Of a stretch of 48,587 nucleotides of DNA, positions 43,726-48,587 are shown piece by piece. The notes beneath the pieces were generated by a model. That model had not been told where the DNA came from. It did no database searches and saw only the letters and a program-made list of their open reading frames with translations. Each line of letters starts with the position of its first letter. Positions within the stretch are counted from its first letter, which is position 1. The DNA comes from Comamonadaceae bacterium (lineage in GTDB: Bacteria > Pseudomonadota > Gammaproteobacteria > Burkholderiales > Burkholderiaceae_C), in NCBI GenBank assembly GCA_947372425.1, contig CANBTQ010000001.1:1-48587 (forward strand). The letters are read 5' to 3'. The position numbers and the translations under genes were made by a program.

Positions 43726-44322
43726 ATGAGCTCAAATCTTCAACACATTGACCAGATTCCTGTCGCGCCCGGCATTTCCGGTGCCGAGTTGGCAGCCCGT
43801 TTGCTGTCGGCCCCAGAAGCTCTGACCGGGCTCACCATCGAAGAAGCACATGTGGTGGTGCGCTACATGACTCCGCGCTTCTTTCCGGCCAACACCACCT
43901 TCATCCGCGAAGGCGATTCCGGGGACAGCGGCTTCATGGCACTCCTGATTGAAGGGGATGTGGTTGTGGAACGCGTCACCGTGAGCCGCACCGAGCCGGT
44001 CACCATCCGGGTATTGGGGCCGGGCAGTCTGATCGGCGAAATCGGGCTGGTCGACAAAGAGCCGCGCTCGGCGTCCTGCACCGCCAGCACCGACGTATGG
44101 TGCGCCATATTGACCCGTGATGCCATCGAAACCATGATCAACCGGGACCCGGTAGTGGCCGCCCGCCTGTTGTTGGGCGTCTCGGCCAATATCGCCGAAC
44201 GCCTGCGCGACACCAACCGACAGCTCAAGCTATATGCCCGGCTTGCCACTGCCATGCGCGAAGAGCTCACCAGCGTCAGCACGCCCTCGGCCACACGCAC
44301 CGGCAGCCAGAGCCGCGCATAG
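43726..44322 (+). CDS. Cyclic nucleotide-binding domain protein (no HTH evident)
   Basis: FIREGDSGD, GSLIGEIGLVDKEPRSASC. Confidence 0.85.
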   Translation: MSSNLQHIDQIPVAPGISGAELAARLLSAPEALTGLTIEEAHVVVRYMTPRFFPANTTFIREGDSGDSGFMALLIEGDVVVERVTVSRTEPVTIRVLGPGSLIGEIGLVDKEPRSASCTASTDVWCAILTRDAIETMINRDPVVAARLLLGVSANIAERLRDTNRQLKLYARLATAMREELTSVSTPSATRTGSQSRA

Positions 44323-44433
44323 GCCGGCGGCGAGAAGCGGAACAATCAGCCCCTGCCTGCGTCCAGCGCTTGTTCACCCCGCTGCGACTTTGATGCACGC
44401 AACAAAAAATTCACCCTAGACAGCAAAGTTCAC

Positions 44434-46278
44434 TTGTTACCCCTGCAGATTCTTAGCGAAGTATTCGGTTACGACCAGTTCCGCGGTCCCCAGCAAGCCA
44501 TTGTCGACCACATGGTGGCTGGCCATGATGCACTGGTGTTGATGCCCACCGGGGGCGGCAAGAGCCTGTGCTACCAGATACCGGCGATTGCCCGGCAGCA
44601 GGCCGGCCATGGTGTCACCATTGTGGTATCCCCCCTGATTGCCCTGATGCACGATCAGGTGGGTGCCTTGCACGAGGCCGGTGTGGCGGCCGCCTTTCTC
44701 AACTCCACGCTGAGCAGCGATGAGGCCTACCAGGTGGAACAGCGCATGCTGCGCGGGGACATTTGCCTGCTCTATGCCGCGCCCGAGCGCCTGACCACAC
44801 CACGCTTTCTGGCACTGCTGGATTCCCTGTTTGATCGTGGCCAACTGAGCATGTTCGCGATCGACGAAGCACATTGCGTCAGCCAATGGGGCCACGACTT
44901 CCGGCCCGAATACCGCAGCCTGACCATATTGCACGAGCGATTCCCCGGTGTACCGCGCATGGCGCTCACCGCCACCGCCGACGCGCTCACGCGCGACGAC
45001 ATCCTCGAACGCCTGCAGTTGGAGGCTGCGCGCGCCTTTGTCAGCAGCTTTGACCGACCCAACATCCGCTACACCATTGTGGAAAAGCGCGACAGCACCT
45101 TGCAGCTACTGCGCTTTATTGAGCGCGAACATGAGGGTGACGCTGGCATCGTCTATTGCCAGTCACGCCGCAAGGTGGAAGACATGGCACAGACGCTGGT
45201 GGATGCAGGCATCAACGCCCTGCCGTACCATGCAGGCCTGGACAACAAGGTCCGGCAAAAGCACCAGGACCGCTTTGTCCGGGAGGACGGCATCGTCATG
45301 GTGGCGACCATTGCCTTTGGTATGGGCATTGACAAGCCGGACGTGCGCTTTGTGGCGCATCTGGACATGCCCAAGAACATCGAGGGCTATTACCAGGAAA
45401 CCGGCCGCGCCGGGCGCGACGGCCTGGCGGCCGAGGCTTGGATGGCCTATGGTTTGCAGGATGTGGTGAATCAACGCCGCATGATTGACGAGAGCCCGGC
45501 GGGGGAAGAGTTCAAACAGGTTATGCGCGGCAAACTCGATGCCTTGTTGGGCCTGGCCGAAGCCACCGATTGCCGCCGTGTGCGCTTACTGGGCTATTTT
45601 GGCGAGGCCAGTGCACCGTGCGGCAATTGCGACAACTGCCTGCATCCGCCCGCCATCTGGGATGGTACCGACGCCGCCCGCAAACTGCTCAGCACCATCT
45701 ACCGCATCCAGCAAATGAGTGGCGTGAGCTTTGGCGCAGGCCACGTGATGGACATTGTGCGCGGCAAGACGACTGAAAAGATCACCCAGTACGGGCATCA
45801 GGCCCTGAGTACTTTTGGCGTCGGCTCCGCCCTGAGCGAGTTGCAATTGCGTGGCGTGTTGCGGCAACTGGTTGCCATGGGTGCCGTGCGGGTGGATGCG
45901 CAGGCATTCAATACCTTGCAGCTGACCGAACAGTCACGTGCCGTGCTGCGCGGAGAAGTAGCCGTGCAATTGCGGGAGTCCGCAGCAGAGGGCGGGCGCA
46001 AACCCAAGCGGGACGCGCGATTGGGTACCGTGGTCAAAGCACCGATAGCCCTGGACAGCGAAGCCCTGCTGCGCTATTCGGCGCTGAAGGCCTGGCGGGC
46101 TGAGGTGGCGCGGGAACACAATCTACCGGCCTATGTGATCTTTCATGACGCGACCCTGGCAGCCATCGCGCAACGTGCGCCCCGGTCCATGAACGATCTG
46201 CAGGGCATCAGCGGTATTGGCGCGAAAAAGCTGGAAGCCTATGCAGACGAGGTTTTGCGGGTGGTGGGGTTGTCCTGA
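44434..46278 (+). CDS. recQ: DNA helicase RecQ
   Basis: MPTGGGKSLCYQ, DEAHCVSQWGHDFRPEY, QETGRAGRDG, Zn-binding CRR..CGNCDNC, HRDC (PAYVIFHDATL); TTG start uncertain. Confidence 0.96.
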   Translation: MLPLQILSEVFGYDQFRGPQQAIVDHMVAGHDALVLMPTGGGKSLCYQIPAIARQQAGHGVTIVVSPLIALMHDQVGALHEAGVAAAFLNSTLSSDEAYQVEQRMLRGDICLLYAAPERLTTPRFLALLDSLFDRGQLSMFAIDEAHCVSQWGHDFRPEYRSLTILHERFPGVPRMALTATADALTRDDILERLQLEAARAFVSSFDRPNIRYTIVEKRDSTLQLLRFIEREHEGDAGIVYCQSRRKVEDMAQTLVDAGINALPYHAGLDNKVRQKHQDRFVREDGIVMVATIAFGMGIDKPDVRFVAHLDMPKNIEGYYQETGRAGRDGLAAEAWMAYGLQDVVNQRRMIDESPAGEEFKQVMRGKLDALLGLAEATDCRRVRLLGYFGEASAPCGNCDNCLHPPAIWDGTDAARKLLSTIYRIQQMSGVSFGAGHVMDIVRGKTTEKITQYGHQALSTFGVGSALSELQLRGVLRQLVAMGAVRVDAQAFNTLQLTEQSRAVLRGEVAVQLRESAAEGGRKPKRDARLGTVVKAPIALDSEALLRYSALKAWRAEVAREHNLPAYVIFHDATLAAIAQRAPRSMNDLQGISGIGAKKLEAYADEVLRVVGLS

Positions 46279-46296
46279 CCCCCATCCCGCACTGCC

Positions 46297-46590
46297 TCAA
46301 TGCTGGTGAAAACCGCTTTCGAAGGCCATGGCAGCGCCGGTCATGGTGTTCTGGAGGCGCTCAATGGCACGTTGGTGACGCTCGCAGGTTGCCGACTTGT
46401 CGGCCTGTTGGCGGTGATGCTGGATCAAGGTTTGCAGCTTGCTGCGGCAGGTGTCCAGAGCGCCAGCGAAGTTCAGCGCAATATAGGCCGAGTGGTCGTT
46501 GTGCGTCTGCCGGAACTCATCCGACCAGTAGTTGAACAACTGCCACTTGTAAGTACCTTTTTCCGGAACCTGAATCGTGTTTCTGTGCAT
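46297..46590 (-). CDS. Hypothetical protein (~97 aa), possibly SOS-regulated
   Basis: MHRNTIQVPEKG...FESGFHQH; convergent with recQ; ATG lies inside a LexA box. Start uncertain. Confidence 0.45.
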   Translation of the reverse strand: MHRNTIQVPEKGTYKWQLFNYWSDEFRQTHNDHSAYIALNFAGALDTCRSKLQTLIQHHRQQADKSATCERHQRAIERLQNTMTGAAMAFESGFHQH

Positions 46591-46598
46591 ATATACAG
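46583..46598. promoter_or_regulatory. LexA (SOS) box
   Basis: CTGTGCATATATACAG; the minus strand reads TACTGTATATATGCACAG, close to the CTGT-N8-ACAG consensus. Confidence 0.7.
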
Positions 46599-46764
46599 TA
46601 CGTATCTTGGAACATGGATGCTTGCCACATGTTTCGGCATCCCCCTGGGTGTATTGACGCGCCAGCCCCTGAATCGGTTGACATCCAGGTCGATAAGACA
46701 TGGATATGCCACAGCGAAACGGAAAAGCTAGAATCTGCACAAATCATTCAGCAAAGGCTTTTCC

Positions 46765-46905
46765 ATGTCCGCACCTGCGCACTCCACCGACGTTCACACT
46801 CCCGATGCAGTGGAAGCCGTTGTTCCCCTGATTCCGCTGGTTTTGCCACTAGTCGGCGCTGTTCTGATTTTTTTGCTGGCCTTTATCGCTGTCTCCATGG
46901 CCTGA
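46765..46905 (+). CDS. Small single-TM membrane protein (46 aa)
   Basis: Manual translation MSAPAHSTDVHTPDAVEAVVPLIPLVLPLVGAVLIFLLAFIAVSMA; AAGG upstream; below the ORF-track cutoff. Confidence 0.65.
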   Translation: MSAPAHSTDVHTPDAVEAVVPLIPLVLPLVGAVLIFLLAFIAVSMA

Positions 46906-46993
46906 TTGCAGCGGGCGGCGATCCTGTCGCCGTTGCCTCCCTGGCAGTTCCGGCGCAGGTTCGCGCTAGAGGTTTGAATCGTTTGGAGGACTT

Positions 46994-47593
46994 GTGCGCG
47001 GTCTGATTTCAAACAGGTATTCCGCTGTGCTGTGCGTCCTGCTGCTGTCCAGCGCACTTGCCGTGCAAGTTGTCATGGCCCAGACAATGTCTGCGACACC
47101 GGCTGCGAATTGCCCCGGTCTTCTCAACAAAACCTTCAAGCGACTGCAGGACGAGTCGCCACAGTCGCTTTGCCAGTACACAGGCAAGGTGCTGCTGGTG
47201 GTGAATACGGCCAGTTATTGCGGCTTTACCCCCCAATATGAGGGACTGGAAAAGCTGCACGCAGATTTCAACTCCAAAGGCCTGGTGGTGCTGGGGTTTC
47301 CATCCAACGACTTTGGCCAGCTCGAGCCAGGCAACAACAAACAGATTGCCGACTTTTGCACCAATACCTATGGTGTGAAATTTCCGATGTTTGAAAAATC
47401 GGTGGTTGCCGGTGCCAACGCCAACGCGCTATACCGCGAAATGGCCCAGTCCACCGGAAAGTCTCCGCAATGGAACTTTCACAAGTATCTGATTGATCGC
47501 AAGGGCCGGGTGATCAGCAGCTACCCCAGCAACGTGACGCCACAGGACAAAGGCCTTTTGGCCGACATTGATCGGGCACTGTCCGGCAATTAG
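46994..47593 (+). CDS. Glutathione peroxidase with probable signal peptide
   Basis: VVNTASYCGFTPQY, LGFPSNDFG, QWNFHKYLI; hydrophobic N-terminus; start uncertain. Confidence 0.92.
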   Translation: MRGLISNRYSAVLCVLLLSSALAVQVVMAQTMSATPAANCPGLLNKTFKRLQDESPQSLCQYTGKVLLVVNTASYCGFTPQYEGLEKLHADFNSKGLVVLGFPSNDFGQLEPGNNKQIADFCTNTYGVKFPMFEKSVVAGANANALYREMAQSTGKSPQWNFHKYLIDRKGRVISSYPSNVTPQDKGLLADIDRALSGN

Positions 47594-47788
47594 CCCCGCT
47601 GCGCAGTTGCGCCCATGACGGGTCTGCACAAACCTCGCCAAGCAACATCGTGCCGGCCAAATGCACGCATAAAGTAATGCAAGTTTTGCATAACTTTTCC
47701 ATGTAATCACTTGGTAACTTCGGTACCGGTTCATAGAATTGACGACCACCCAATCATTGCGTTGCCACTGGCGCAAGTTTGGAGTCGC

Positions 47789-47822
47789 CTTTTCAAAGAA
47801 GTCCCGGGTTTTCTTTGAAAAG
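47789..47822. other. Perfect 12-bp inverted repeat in the pckG leader
   Basis: CTTTTCAAAGAA-N10-TTCTTTGAAAAG. Confidence 0.55.
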
Positions 47823-47847
47823 TCGATTTTCAAACTCAGGAGCTTTT

Positions 47848-48587
47848 ATGAATTCACCCCGTATGCAAGGACTCACGCTGAACGCCCCCAGCTACGTCAA
47901 GAATGCGCGACTCATCGCCTGGGTCGCCGAAATGGCCGCACTGTGCAAGCCCGCCGATGTCTACTGGTGCGATGGCTCCGAAGAAGAGTACCAACGCCTG
48001 TGCCAGCAATTGGTGGATGCAGGCACCTTCAAGCGCCTGAACGCCGCCAAGCGCCCCAACAGTTTCCTGGCCTGCTCCGACCCGAGTGATGTGGCCCGTG
48101 TGGAAGACCGCACCTTTATCTGCAGCGAGAAAAAGGAAAACGCCGGCCCCACCAACAACTGGATGGCTCCCGCCGAGATGCGTGCCCTGCTGCAAACCGG
48201 CAAGGACGGCAAAAAAGCCCTGTTTGACGGCTGTATGGCTGGCCGCACCATGTATGTGGTGCCCTTCTCCATGGGCCCGCTGGGCTCGCACATTGCCCAT
48301 ATCGGCATTGAACTCTCCGACAGCGCCTACGTGGCCGTGAACCAGCGCATCATGACGCGCATGGGCAAAGCGGTGTACGACGTGCTGGGCGTGGATGGCG
48401 CTTTTGTGCCCTGCGTGCACACCGTGGGCGCTCCGTTGGCAGCGGGTCAGGCCGACGTCAAGTGGCCTTGCAGCCCCACCAAGTACATCGTGCACTACCC
48501 CGAGACCCGCGAAATCTGGTCGCACGGCTCCGGCTACGGCGGCAACGCGCTGCTGGGCAAGAAGTGCTTTGCACTGCGCATCGCCTC
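47848..48587 (+). CDS. pckG: Phosphoenolpyruvate carboxykinase (GTP), N-terminal part (runs off window end)
   Basis: Manual translation from ATG 47848 (AGGAG RBS): ...WCDGSEEEY...[15 protein letters not shown]...GPTNNW...[13 protein letters not shown]...[20 protein letters not shown]. Confidence 0.95.
   Translation, partial: MNSPRMQGLTLNAPSYVKNARLIAWVAEMAALCKPADVYWCDGSEEEYQRLCQQLVDAGTFKRLNAAKRPNSFLACSDPSDVARVEDRTFICSEKKENAGPTNNWMAPAEMRALLQTGKDGKKALFDGCMAGRTMYVVPFSMGPLGSHIAHIGIELSDSAYVAVNQRIMTRMGKAVYDVLGVDGAFVPCVHTVGAPLAAGQADVKWPCSPTKYIVHYPETREIWSHGSGYGGNALLGKKCFALRIA

Noticed and set aside
46300-46731. 143-aa plus-strand ORF after recQ
   Set aside because: Reads like the antisense of the minus-strand ORF; no RBS or motifs.

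Overview
GC-rich betaproteobacterial chromosome segment. Gene content and a dispersed GC-rich repeat suggest Comamonadaceae (Rhodoferax-like), which is inference. Two accessory systems stand out. (1) A ~25 kb minus-strand extracellular-electron-transfer locus (35366->9937): a membrane-anchored Fe-S/FAD/NAD(P)H oxidoreductase, a small membrane protein, a His-rich inner-membrane protein, a 24-heme periplasmic cytochrome, a giant 3036-aa cytochrome with about 79 heme-binding motifs (hand count) built from 7- and 9-heme modules, an outer-membrane beta-barrel, a DUF2844/DUF3443 pair, and a complete ccmABCDEFGHI operon preceded by a perfect FNR box. The layout is PCC3-like (porin-cytochrome complex) but the large cytochrome is extreme in size. 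(2) A compact RiPP cluster (9154->6465): a 67-aa precursor ending ...AISVVFGLKW, an FxsB/XyeB-like cyclophane-forming radical SAM enzyme and a HExxH (aKG-dependent hydroxylase-type) protein, followed by a secreted Cys-His hydrolase. The rest is mostly housekeeping or common accessory genes: MFS, phytochelatin synthase-like, AbrB, hydrolase, AKR, two glutathione peroxidases, glcEF, lactonase, aldose epimerase, glnK-amtB, comM, cNMP-binding protein, recQ and partial pckG. No rRNA, tRNA, CRISPR array, integrase or transposase was seen. All family assignments come from motif recognition by eye; no searches were run.
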